Assembly: GCA_024679065.1 (NCBI GenBank)
Contig: JAGIQG010000011.1
Location: 62,496,001 to 62,560,000, forward strand
Direction of reading: 5' to 3'
DNA: 64,000 nucleotides
Source: Sphyrna mokarran
Lineage: Eukaryota
This document shows positions 35,990 through 48,517 of this stretch, piece after piece. The notes beneath the pieces were generated by a model. That model saw only the letters and a list, made by a program, of their open reading frames with translations, was not told the origin of the DNA and did not search any database. Every line of letters begins with the position of its first letter. Position 1 is the first letter of the stretch. Both the position numbers and the translations under genes were made by a program.

Positions 35990-36940
35990 CATTGCATTTT
36001 TTTGCAAGGGGAATGGCATATAAATATAGGAAAGTCTTGCTATAATTTGTATTGGGCATCAGTGAGATAACATCTGAAATACTTTGTACAGCATTGGAGA
36101 AAGGATATAATTGCAATGGGAACAGTACAGAGAAGTTCACTCAACTGATTCCTGGCATTAGGTGGTTATCTTATGGGGAAAAATTGAGTCTGTATCCTTT
36201 GAATTTGGAAGAATGAGAGGTGATCTTATTGAAACACACAGAAAAACCCTAAAGAGAACTGCTAGTATGAATGCTGAGAGGATGTTTCCTCTTCTGGAAG
36301 AGACAATTAATAGGGGACACAGTTTAAAAATAAGAGGAGTTCCATTTAAGGCAGTGATGAGATTTTCTTTTTCTTACAGAAGATTGTTGGTCAGTGAAAT
36401 TCTCTTCCCTAGAGAGCTATAGAGGCAGGATTATTGAATATTTATAAAGCTGAGTTAGATACTTGACTGATAGGGAGCCACAGGATGGGATTTTCTGGCC
36501 ACGCTCGCCCCAAGCTCAGAAAATCCTACTGACATCGACAGATCTTTGCATGGTCCATGTGTCACCTGCTACAGTTCCCACGGCGGGTAGGGCAGGGCAA
36601 TTCCTATGTGAAAGGTAGGTTGTGAAGTAAACTTTATTTTCCTATCAGATCAACCACAAAGCAGGCTCAAAGGCCAAAAGGTCTGCTCCTCCTCCTAATT
36701 AATATGCTCATGTCAAAGTCTCTGCCTGAAAGAGCAGTGAAAGCTGGGTTTTTAAACATATTCACAGCTGAGTTAGGCAGATTTTTAATCCTCAAAAGTC
36801 AAGGCCTTTGTGTGGACGACAGTGGTGGGTGGGGGGGCAGGCAGGCAAGTGGAACTGACGCCAAATTCAGTTCAGCTGTGACCTGACTGAATATAGAAGT
36901 AGGCCTAATGGCCTACTTTTCTTCAGAGTTCTTCTATTGT
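35990..36940 (+). mobile_element. Stacked CR1 3' fragments with a MITE insert (36482-36605)
   Basis: EFGRMRGDLIET...NRGHSLKIRG and SLPERAVKAGFLNIFTAELGRFL. Confidence 0.8.
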
Positions 36941-37104
36941 TACATTCATTCACTGTAAAGTAACATCAACAAGTTTCTGTCTTACTTCCAACACATTTAC
37001 AACACTATGAGTGGGAACAGTTCTGAAGGCATTTCATTGCAATTTTTTTTTTTAGATGCAGGAATTGTATTGCAAGTATTTACATTTCATTCTAAATATT
37101 AACA

Positions 37105-37395
37105 TGGAATCAGAGTCCCTATAATGCAGAAGGAGGCCACTTAGTCCATAGAATTTACAATGACAACAATCCCACCCAGGCCCTATTCCCATAACCACTC
37201 ATATTTACCCAGCTAATCCCCTGACATTAGGATTAATTTAGCACGGCCAAGCAACCTAACCAACATATGCTTGGCCTGTGGGAAGAAACTGGAGCACCTG
37301 GAGGAAATCCACAAGACATGGAAAAAACGTGCCAACTCCCCAGTAAAAGTGACGTGAGGCTGGAATTGAACCTGTGTCCCTGGAGCTATGAAGCT
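37105..37395 (-). mobile_element. HE1-like V-SINE
   Basis: Reverse-complement V-domain and B-box (GGAATTGAACC). Confidence 0.88.
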
Positions 37396-38519
37396 CCAGC
37401 AATGAGTTTACAGGAAGTAAGACTTTATTGACTTGAAGCTAGTGTCAGATACAAGATGTTTTCCAACATAGACGTAAAACTTTTATTTGCTTTATGTTTT
37501 AAAAGAAAATTTTTAATTAGCTATGTACTTTTAACATTTTAAGTAATGAAATATAAACAGCATTCTTTGTATGCACCCAAATAGAAGCTCTTCAAATATG
37601 AAAATATAAGACCGATAGTTACTGCATTTTTATCCATTATTGCCTCTAGCAATTCTATACAAATGTTTCTCTGCTAGATTACCATAGCAACTCTTTTTTT
37701 CTAAATATAACAGATCTTTGCATCTACTTAACATCCAAACATTGAATTTTTGTTTTCCTGTTTTACTTCAGCAGCTGGAATAAAAAGCATCAGGAAATGG
37801 ATCGAAGAGTGTGTTTTAACAAGACCATGTGGCTACACTGTAGCATTGTAGGTATGGATGGGACAAAAATCACTATTAATATGGCAAGATAAGTGTTGTT
37901 GATATAAATGTAAATGTTCCTATTACCTTAGAGGCACATTCATACATGCTTTTCCTCCTTCTCGCCATCAAAATACATGTGCTGTAGTGCATCAAGAGCA
38001 GTAGAAATTGGTACGCATTGTGGTGGCCTTTTCAGATGTAAAGCGGGCACAAAAAGTACACGAGTTTCACTATGGAATTACTTGCATCCCGTCCCACACT
38101 CCCAAACTGCTCAGACTGTCGTCAGATTACCGTGGAGAAGTGTTTTGATCGGGATCCCAGATGGATGTTTGAAACAGGTGCTCAGCATATTAAATGTGTA
38201 AATTATGTAAATTAGTGGTCTAACACCTGTTGCAGGATAGTGCAGGAAATTTGTTCTCCACTCAGGATTCTTTGATGGCTCCCAATTCAAGGTAACTGAT
38301 TACATTTTTTTTTAAAAAGTAAAGTCCTTGGAGCTGAAGACACAGGAGTTCTCTCTTGACGCAACAAAATTTATGATCACCCCATTCCCCTTTGCTTCAT
38401 TCCTTACATCATTTGTCAACACTCTTTTTCTGGTACTTATCTCAGAGTTACTGCCAGCTCATCTGTTTGCTTGGACAAACCAATAGCAGAGATGCGCTAA
38501 AGTGATCATGGTTCCTGAG

Positions 38520-38857
38520 TCATACAGGATTATAGAATCCCTACAATGCACAAGGAAGCCATTCAGCCCATTGAGCTTGCACCGACCATAATCCCACCCA
38601 GACCTTATCACCGTAGCCCCATTTATTTACCCTGCTAATCCCCCGACACTCAGGGACAATTTAGCATGGCCAGATCACCTAGCCTGCACATCTCTGGAGT
38701 GAGAGAAGAAACCGGGTCACCTGAAGGAAACCAATGCAGACATGAGGAGAATGTCTGTCTGTGTGGAGTTTGCACAGTCACTTCAAGCTGGAATTGAACT
38801 TGTGTCCCTGGTGCTGTGAGGAAGCAGTGCTAATCACCCTGCAACTGTGTCGCCCCC
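38520..38857 (-). mobile_element. HE1-like V-SINE
   Basis: Full-length reverse copy. Contains a short inverted TGTCTGTGTGGAGTTTGCA segment at ~38752-38776. Confidence 0.88.
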
Positions 38858-39504
38858 AATATCCATGAGGCCCAAGAAACATGTTCCATCAATCCTCTGG
38901 CCACCAGTTGGGATTATACTGCTTGTGTAACACTGAGCCCGAAAACTGGTCCACACTAAATTCTCTCCAACTATCCAGTGAGTAGAGCAGTCTGCTGCAC
39001 AGTAGTTATGTATATTTAAAATATGAAGTGTGAATTAGAAACAGGAGAAGGCCATTCATCCTCTTGAGCCTGCTCTGTCATTTGATAAGATCATAGCTGA
39101 TCTGATTGCAGCCTTAATCCGGCTTTTCTCTTTTACCTTTTGACTCCCTTATTGAACTTCAGTACACAAAATTAATGTGCAAAGTTAGTAATCTTTCTAA
39201 AAAGAAAGAACATACCTTTGCATAATGGAAATGATTGAGGCACTCAGAGCATTAGCAGCATCTTAAATCCGATGTGTTAGATCACCCACTCAGCAGATAC
39301 TGATTTTAAAGGAAAGGTAACTCACATGAGGTAAAACAAGTTCTCCTTTCCTTCTCCCCCTAACTACTGTATAAACAGTATATTTTTCAGTATTGCATAT
39401 AAACAACAATACATAGGTTAAGAGGAGTGTGTGTGAGAGAGAATGTTTGGGTAAGAGTAATCATTGTAGCATACTATTGGATTAGTAATGGAGAAGAGCT
39501 TCCC

Positions 39505-39755
39505 TTGGCATAGTGGTTAGTACTGCTGCCTCAGTGCCAGTGACCCAGGTTCACTTCCCAGCTTGAGTCACTGTCTGGGTGGAGTTTGCATATTCACCCC
39601 ATGTCTGTGTCCATGTCCTCTGGATGCTTTGGTTAGGTATACTGGCCATGTTAAATTCTTCCACAGCAGCTACTGAGTGTAGCGACTAGGGGATTCTCAC
39701 AGTAACTTCATTACAGTGTTAATGTAAGCCTACTTGCAGCACCAATAAGTGAACT
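39505..39755 (+). mobile_element. HE1-like V-SINE, tail type B
   Basis: TGGCATAGTGGTTAGTACTGCTGCC head; GGGGATTCTCACAGTAACTTCATT tail. Confidence 0.88.
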
Positions 39756-39756
39756 C

Positions 39757-40146
39757 ATCCATTATCCTGTCTACACTTCCTGCTGCCTCAGGAAAGCAGC
39801 CAGCATAATCAAGGATCCCACACATTCTGGACATAATCTCTGCCACCATCTCCTGTTGGAAAAAAGGTACAAAAATATAAGGACATATGCCAACTGACTC
39901 AAGAATAGCTTCTTCCCTGTTGTCAGACTTTTGAATGGACCTACCTTATATTAAGTTGATCTTTCTCTACACTCTAGCTATGACTGTAACACTGCATCTT
40001 GCACTCTCTCCTTTCCTTCTTCTCTATGTACTCTAGGAATGGTACGTTTTATCTGTATAGCACAGAAGAAACAGTACTTTTCACTATGTCAATACATGTC
40101 TTAATAATAAATAATAAATCATAAATAATAAGTCAAATCAAAATAA
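39757..40146 (+). mobile_element. Rex1/Babar-clade LINE 3' end
   Basis: VYTSCCLRKAASIIKDPTHSGHNL...KRYKNIRTYAN*LKNSFFP C-terminal signature; AATAAAT/CAAAT tail. Confidence 0.75.
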
Positions 40147-40609
40147 ACAGTCATCCAATATTGCCTAAGTTAAAAGTTACTCCCTGTGATTCTAGCTACA
40201 CATGACCTGGATGTTTGCATACACAACGAATCGCAAAAGAAAAAATATTTCAATTTTGCATCTATGATAACTTGCAGCTTTAGGAGTGTGAAAATTCATA
40301 ATCTAAAAGTATATTTGAAAAACAAACCATGCAAAGACACAACAATCATAATGTTTTAAGGCAACTGTGAATGAGAGAGGCAGATGGTACCCAAACTCAC
40401 CGGATGGGAAACTTCAAGAGACTTGCAAAATGGCATTGAATGTGCACTAGTATGGCCAAAGCTCCTTTGAACAAATTCAGCAAAAACCCAACTACAGATC
40501 AACACAAAGCAACTTCCACATTAGAATCTAGTATTCTGCTTTGATGCCTCATTAAAAATGGACTGAATTACATTCTCTTATTAGAGACCTCACATCTCAT
40601 TAAAGTACT

Positions 40610-41655
40610 CTGCTCAGTTGTTGGCACTCTTGCCAGGTTCTGGGTGCAAATCCCACTTCAGAACCTAAAAGCAAAAATCAAACTTGGCAATCAAGCATAT
40701 TGTGGAAGTGCTGCACTGTTGTGGGTATTGGTTTTTAAGTGAAATGTCCTCTTAGGAGGATGTAAAAGATTCTAAGGCACTTTTTTGAATAAGAACAGGC
40801 AAGTTATATATGGTGTCTTGGTCAATATACATTCCACAATCAACATCACACTAACAGGCCTTAGGGTGAAGGGGGCTAGGTATAAGACGAATATTAGAGG
40901 GCAGTTTTTCACAAAGGGTAGTGGGGGTGTGGAATGCACTGCCGAGTAAGGTGGTGGGAGCATGGAAGGCTAGGGCTGTTTAAGGGTCTCTTGGACAGCC
41001 ACATGAGCGTTATGCAGATAGAGGGATATAGTAGGACTGTTTAACTATGGCTTTTTTTTCCTCCCCCACAGGTAATTCGGTCCATACTTGACCAACAAGG
41101 AGCATGCATTCGGCAGGTGGTGCGAGGACAGCTCTTGGATGTTGATTCATGGGTTGCCTGGTGCTTCATGTCGTAAATGAGTGCTTTATCTGGACCATCT
41201 GAAGGGCACCATGACAGCTCAGTGACTATCGCTGTAGCTGTGCAGACACTTGGAATTGGGCCGGTGTCTGCGGGAGTTTGCGCGTTCTCCCCGTGGTTGC
41301 GTGGGTTTTCTCCGGGCGCTCCGGTTTCCTCCCACATCCCAAAAATTCGCTCTTAGGCTGATTGGGAAACAAATTGTCCCTACATTGAGACTCTTCCATA
41401 TTAGGAATAACCTAAAATTAGAATAGGATAATGGAATTGTTACTATATAGTTATGACGGCGGCGCAGGCTCGTTGGGCCGAAGGGCCTGTTTCCCATGCT
41501 GTGTTGCTCTATACGCCTCAAAAAAATAAACAGATTATTCAGTTATTACCACATTGCTGTTTATAGGAGGTAGTTGTGCATAATCTGGCTGCCACCCTTT
41601 TCAATATCACAACATTAACCACTCTTCAAAAAGTAATTCACTGTCTGTAAAATGT
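40610..41655 (+). mobile_element. Deu-domain SINE split by a younger LINE insertion
   Basis: Head GCTCAGTTGTTGGCACTCTTGCC...GGGTGCAAATCCCAC at 40610-40857; resumes ACAGATTATTCAGTTATTACCACATTGCTG at ~41530. Confidence 0.7.
40858..41530 (+). mobile_element. Young CR1 3' end with a long 3' UTR containing a V-SINE core
   Basis: LRVKGARYKTNIRGQFFT / RVVGVWNALP to a stop at ~41043; V-domain GGAGTTTGCGCGTTCTCCCCGTG...CCGGTTTCCTCCCACATCCC at 41270-41340; CR1 tail GGGCCGAAGGGCCTGTTTCCCATGCTG; many CpGs retained. Confidence 0.75.
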
Positions 41656-41819
41656 TTTTGGAAGTCTGGGATGAGGTTTTCCGGCTGCGCTCTGCCTCTA
41701 GATCAGAAAATCCCACCCGAGGTCAATGGACCCTCGTATGGTCCGCTCTTGCCCGACATGATTTCCATGGGAGGTGGGATGGGAAAATTACCCCCTTTAC
41801 GTCTTTTTCACAGCATACT

Positions 41820-42110
41820 TTTCCTTTTTGTATCATCTTCAAATTTAGCTACTTTGTCTTCACTCCTTTCTTCTAAGCCATTGATATGAATTGTAAAAAA
41901 GTTGAGCTCCGACACAGGTTCCACTCACCATATCCTGACAATTCAACAAAGACCCACTCCTGCTTAATCTCGGTTTTCTGTTAGCCAGCCAATCTTCTAT
42001 CCAGGCGACTGTGTTACCCCCAACATCTTGAGCTTTTATTTTCCCCAACAGTATTTGATGTGGCACTTTATCAAATCCTCTCTGGAAATCCAAGTACATT
42101 ATGAGACAGT
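41820..42110 (-). mobile_element. CR1 RT fragment
   Basis: YLDFQRGFDKVPHQILLGKIKAQDVGGNTVAWIEDWLANRK. Confidence 0.9.
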
Positions 42111-43967
42111 GCAGAACAATCCAAGTCTTACTTGCAATTTGATCTTGCATTTTGTATTATTCTATCTCCCTTCTAATGTTGAGTTATGAATTATATTGCT
42201 CTGCTTTCAAAGCATGGGAGAATTTCACAAGTTGAATCTTTATCAATTCCAAAAATTGCATTGTTCTGTAATAGCTTTTGAGAGTTACGTCGATTATACT
42301 TGGCTACTGCCATTATTTCCGGTGTTTGGAATAGTCATCAAGAAATGGCAGGGGAAGAGCTATTTTTAAACAGCTTCTGCCATGATTGATAATAATTAGT
42401 TTGGTGTTCCTTTTGCCAATATTTAGATCTATTTGAAAACAAGATAGAAAGGTCACAGATACAGCTTAAGGAGAAAGAATGGAATGACTTTAAGCTATAA
42501 TCCTGTGACAATAGTGCCCACTTATGATCAAATTATTATAAATAGTATTCTGACATAATATTCCAAATCATCAAGCATAATCCTATTCCTTTCTGCATAC
42601 CAGACCATAGCAATTATCCTGCTAGGTCCCATGACATATTAAATTTTCTTTTTCTGTACTGAAGCACCTCAGGTAAAGTTAAGTCTGCTTTTGCTGTGCA
42701 AAGACATCTAAACTTAATTAAACTTCATCTTTCAAAGAGTCAAGATTGCAATTATACTGAAATATTGATATGAGGCTGGCAGCAATGAATACAAATTACA
42801 ATGAATACAAGTTACAGAGATCAGAGCTATACTGCAGGCTATAACCACCACATGTACTGAGCTTTCCTGTTCCACTGGCTACTTTGTAGTGCTAGGGATC
42901 TGCACATATTGTCTCATGACATTGAAAAGGCTTAGTGCTAAATATATTGTTGGGTTCTTGTGACATGAGAAAGTATTATGCTATCAAAACGGTATTCTTA
43001 CTGGTACTTTCCAAAATGGATTTTCTGCTAAATGAAAAAAAAAGGCTGCTACAAGTCACATGACCACTGTTCTGAGAGCTCCCATCTGGAGTTGCAAGGA
43101 AAAATTAATTCCTTTTCAGACTGTAGAATCCCACATCTCATTGTACAGACCCACTGAATTCAAGGAAAGCAGAGAAAGTGCATAAAAACTGGCTTCTCAA
43201 CCAGAACTATCACACGAAAGAGGAATTAAAATGCAGTGTACTGGATGACATGTGAATAACCACCTTGTCTCTCTCAAGGATCAACAATGGGCTTCTGGCA
43301 AGAAGCACAGAAACTGATAGATAAGTTGCAATTAACTGAGTATTTTAATGGGTGTGTGATCCCTTATTAGCAACATGTCACATGACTTGTTGGTTATAAT
43401 ATTATACCTTTAGCCTCATCAGCACTTGGCTGTTTAAAACCCATCTGGCAAATCACCACAAAACAGACATTTAGGCAAAACAATAACCTGCTCCTTGATG
43501 CCTGTCTCTGCTGAAGATTTCTGACTTTACCTGCAGGACTGACCCAGTCTACTTCATCTGGCACCATTAGCATTCATGGTGAAGCAAATTCTATAACTTT
43601 GGTCTTCAGCCAGTTGAGTTCAAAATTCCGTGCGAAAGAATTCCTCACTGGACTCTGACACTTCACAGGAAAACCATTGATCTGTGTGTCCCTGTGGACA
43701 TTGTGACATTTTAAAGGTACAGCGTGTTTCAATGCTTTTACAAAGTTGGGATCTGCTGTGAATGTTTTGATATCTTACCCATGTCAGTTGAAGGGTCAGT
43801 GATCAGCAGTTCAAGGGTCAGTTAGTTATTCATGAGAAGGTCTAGAAAAAGTTCATGTAGCTGAAACGCAGCTCTTGGTCCTGGGAAGCTCTGGTAGGTG
43901 GGGCTCAGATGAAGCCCCTGTCGCCATTTGTTTGTTCCACGTTGCTGAGAGAATTTAGCTTCAGAGA

Positions 43968-44218
43968 AGCTGGGGTAGTACAGTTTTAACACTGCCTCAC
44001 AATGCCAGGCATCCATGTTTAATTCTAGCCTTCGGTGTAGGAGTATGGAGTTTGCCCATTCTCCCTGTGTCTATGTGGGTTTCCTCTTGATGTTCTAGTT
44101 TCCTCCCACAGTCCAAAATGTTCAGGATAGTCAATTGACCATACTTAATTGCCTCTAAATGTCCCAAGGTATATAGGGTAGGGAAATTAGCAGGGTAAAT
44201 ACTTGGAATAACAGGATA
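43968..44218 (+). mobile_element. HE1-like V-SINE (3' truncated)
   Basis: ACACTGCCTCACAATGCCAGG head; GGAGTTTGCCCATTCTCCCTGTGTC core. Confidence 0.85.
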
Positions 44219-45676
44219 CTTCCGGATATGAGTAAATGCAAAAGTACAAACTGCGTGGATTCTACAAATCTAAGAAACAGTTTTGTGAGCCATTGATAAC
44301 TCGGTGCAGCCCAGAGTGTAGGTTTCCTGCATGACTTGGTGTGTGTTTAGAAGCAGATAAGAGGCTTCAGGCAGTAGAGGTATTGCAGTAAGTCTCCCAA
44401 ATAGACAGGGCTCAGGAGAAGTCTTGAGGAGTAAACACTGGAAGACAGTGGTTGTTAAGGCAGTCCATTTGGGGGTGGCTTTGAAGGAATTTCAATGCCA
44501 GATTTTTGAAAGGACAGAATTGGAATCCCTTATGAGAAAGACAGATATCATCTGAAGAGTTCATTTAACTCTCAGTAAATACTAACATCTGGGTGGGTTC
44601 TTGAGAATTCTGATGGTTGCATCTGTTATTTACTCAGTAGCGTGAAGTGTTTAACCCACAGTTTGTTTGTTAATTTATACACACTTCATGTTAATTCTGA
44701 ATGTTACAGTACTTGCATACGTGTGTGCGCACGTGTGCATGTGCATGTATATATCCCTCAGGTATAATTCGACCTTGCTTCAAATTATTTGTAAATTGGA
44801 TCATACAAATCAAGGGTTTGCGAAAACAACACCTCATACTTTAAAAATAATTAAAGTACATTCTGAGATGGGCAATAAGAGGAAATAAGTGTCTTTTGCC
44901 AGTCTATATAGTATATTGTTGCCTGAAAATTTGATGGTAAACCCAATTTCAGATCAGACTGATCAACTGTATTGTTCTTTGCATGCAGTACATATTAGAT
45001 GGGTCTGTGTCTTGAAGTCAGGTTGGGCCCATTTGTACTACTATTTTTCATGATGCTCACTGACTACCACTTCATGTGGAAATAATCATAATTACAATAT
45101 AAATTTCTATCACAAATTCCACAAACATGCAGAAACCCCTCATTGTTGAGCTACCCTTGATAAAGTCCAACAAGGCTTAAAATCATACCAAGTTAACTGT
45201 TTAATGGAAATTCGCCAACCTCAAACATTACAATCAGTCTGATTTTAACTCTGTGCAAGCAGATGAGTTTTGAGCAAGTTAAAATTAACTTGAAACACTG
45301 GGTGGGATTCTCTGGCTTCTGAGCCATGTATTTTTCAGCAGCAGGAGGCAGTGGTACTTGGATTCCCTGATCCCACCACTGTCAGAAAACCTGCAGGAGG
45401 GAACTGGAGAATTCCGTTGTCATGAATGACCAGAGACTTAAGGGCCTTTGACCCTGATTCTCTCTTCACAGGTGCTGTCTGGTCTGCAAAGTATTTTTAA
45501 CATGTTATTTCTTTTCATAATGTATTACATTGGCAAAATAAAAAAAGGACTATGGGCATGATCTTATTGGCCTTTTGCATGATGCTCCCACTGCAGTGAT
45601 GTTGGAGAATTTGGCTCCCAGTTAATATATGTTCACTGCAGCAGGATGGGAAAATCCCCTGGCATGAGCAACCATG

Positions 45677-45830
45677 GTAAGAAGTCTCACAACACCAGGT
45701 TTAAGTCCAACCGATTTATTTGATAATAAACTTGCAAGCTTTTGGCGTGTGCCCCTTCATCAGGTGAATGGAGAGTTCTGGTCTCAGAGCATATAACAGC
45801 ACAGACAGTTTACAGATTACTGATTAGAGC
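45677..45830 (-). mobile_element. Penelope pLTR fragment with decayed hammerhead core
   Basis: Same family as 4963-5039. Minus strand reads CAC-CTGATGA-AGGGGCACACGCC-AAAA-GCTTG. Confidence 0.7.
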
Positions 45831-47599
45831 AGCCATGGGTTTCATCTTGATAACATAATCAAAATGGGGTAGCTGTAAAACTAGGTACTCTCTTCATCAG
45901 GAATGGCACACAGAAATGTAGCATAGCTCTGAACTACAGAAGAAGTTGCAATTACTAACTACGCAAGATCACATTTGACAGAATGATGTCCCCAAGAAAC
46001 ATTAGCGAGGCACAAGGGCTTCCGATTGAAAAACAGTGAAGGTGGCTTAGGTAGGCAATTCATTAATATGCAGTTGTATTCACATGTGACAATGCCTCAC
46101 GACAGACTGAAACAGTTGTAATGGATTATCTCCAAATTAAGACACAGGAAGATCTCGAGGGGGGTTCAAGGATAATGGAATTCGGTGCATCTCTGCTTTA
46201 ATGCAGGAATGCCACAAATCCCTTATGATCTTGCAGCCATTGCAGAAGCTGCGCCTCACATGAAAATATGTAGCATCACTGATTAGCAAGATATTTGTGG
46301 ATCCCAAATGGTCATGCAGCATCACAAGGAAAATGCTCTCTTAATCAGATCACATTGATAAAACAGTTCTACAGCACAATGTTTCTCACTTGCTTAACTT
46401 ACCTTGTTACAAAAATGGTTTCTTCTATATTCTTTGATTTCCTTATTGTATTACATTATTTCAGCCCCATTTCCACCATATCATTTTCAATATACATTAA
46501 AAAAATTGACATCTTGGCTAACTTCATTAATTTAGATGACTGATTGGATGTAACAACAAAAGGAGTGTTGTCAATAGAAAGTAGTTGAACAATACCTTGA
46601 TCTATAAATAACTATATTATTACTTCAACCTACTTGGATAGTCAAATAATTGGGGCAAAGCACTGCTTGGTCACCAAAGTACTGTAAATTGGTTTAATCT
46701 TAGAAGATTATTAAAATAGAAAATGCAATGGACTGTAAGTAATAACAAGATGAGAGATCAAAACGTGCTATTGATTAATGAACTACTTTATTACATTAAT
46801 TACAATAAAGCCAGAATTGGAGAAAGTAGGAGGGCATCTTTGCATTTTAACCTTGACAAAATCCAATAAAATCTTGTTTTAAATCTCTACCCTGTTTTAA
46901 TAATCTCATGACATATGATAGTGCATTAGAAATACAAATGTTAACACAGTCATACCTCAAGCAATCTTTTTTCCTTTTTTTTTCCCAAGGAGTGGGGGTT
47001 TTAAGATTAAAAATGAATTGCTCCAGTAAGCAACATGACAAGAACAATAAAACAGCACCAAGCTATGCAGTCTTTAATGTTGGTATAAATCATATGCCGA
47101 TTAACATCCCAGTGATGAGATCCGAGCTAGCTGGAAAACTTTATTCTATCCCAGCTAAAATAATGGCATTTGATTTAGCTATCAATTAATGAACACTGAT
47201 ACCTTGGAGGTGAATAATTCCAATGGTGAACTTAGCACAAAGAACTACTGTACAATCACTTGCAAGCCACTATGCCCCATTTTCATTGTTAACAATATTT
47301 CCTTAATATTAAAAATACATAAACTTACATTCTTGTCTGAATTCTAATTGCCAAACAAGGGCACAGGATGTTAATAAAAATGCATCTTGCCTTTGGGCAA
47401 GATGAATTTTACATCCACACTTACAAGCATTTTGGTGTTTGTGGCAAAATAAAGCAGACTGGAGATCTTTGCTACCACTGTTTTCAAACAGGACATACCA
47501 TGATTGTTCATACGTTCAAATTTCAGAGTAAAACTTGACCTATTTTATTCTGAACGCAAAATAACAATCTTGTTATGCATTGTTTTGTACTCTTGCAGA

Positions 47600-47866
47600 T
47601 TATGAACTGAGGTGAGAAGAAACTTCTTCACCCAAAAGGTGGTGAATGTATGGAATTTACTACCACAGCAAGTAGTTGAGATCAAAACGTTGTCTGATTT
47701 CAAGAAAAAATTAGATCTAGCTCGAGGGGCTAAAGGAATCGGTGAAGGGGGTGGGAGGGTGGTGGAAATCATGATATTGAATTTGACAATCAGCAGTGAT
47801 CAAAATGAATGGTGGAGCAGGCTCGAAGGGCTGAACAGTCTACTCCTGCTTCTGGTTTCTGTGTAA
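47600..47866 (+). mobile_element. CR1 3' end
   Basis: RRNFFTQKVVNVWNLLPQQVVEIKTLSDFKKKLD plus 3' UTR. Confidence 0.9.
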
Positions 47867-48365
47867 GGATCTTATTATGCTCATTATTAACCCCAGATTT
47901 GCTTCAGTCTCAAAATTGAACAATATTAGTTTTTTTTTATCTACAGCAATCTGGCCTCTGGAAAAAAAAATCACTTACAGCAATGCAGGATTTGCCTGAT
48001 TTAATAATTTGTACAGAAAGATCAGTATTTATTAGATGAAAGTATTTAGTACCTAATAATGTAGAGTGTGTCTTTACATATGGCAGAGTGGACAAAACCA
48101 AACAAAGTAAATGCTTTGAATCAAAAGCTGCTGGATGCTAACATTTCAAAAGACAATCATTGAAATGGTAATGATTGTGCTAGAAATGCTTGTCACATAC
48201 ATACTAATGGGCAAGTACTGGTGTAATCTATTATTAAAAAATGACCACTGTGGGGCAGAGTAGCTTTAAACATCTCCAAAATAAATCATTTTACAGGATT
48301 TGGCCTCAAAGAACATGAGCTGCAGATATTAATATTTTAACATTCTTTCCATCAGAGCTTGTTTT

Positions 48366-48517
48366 AATAACTGAATATCTTGTCACATAACCCATTTAAT
48401 TACTGTACAGAGATTGTGCCATCTAATCCTCTATTCCCTAAAATAACTGAATATCATGTCACATAACCAATTTAATTACCGTGCAGAGATTGTACCATCT
48501 AATCCTTTATTCCCCAA
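48366..48517 (+). repeat. Tandem duplication, 2 x 76 bp
   Basis: AATAACTGAATATC.TGTCACATAACC.ATTTAATTAC... starts at 48366 and 48442; substitutions only. Confidence 0.95.

Noticed and set aside
42950-44700. Possible LTR relics
   Set aside because: Composition is suggestive, but no paired LTR, primer-binding site or coding motif could be identified by eye.
39213-46500. Isolated strong minus-strand donors (near 39215, 43531, 46403)
   Set aside because: No convincing acceptor or sustained open frame; the 43531 site may lie in an LTR-like relic.
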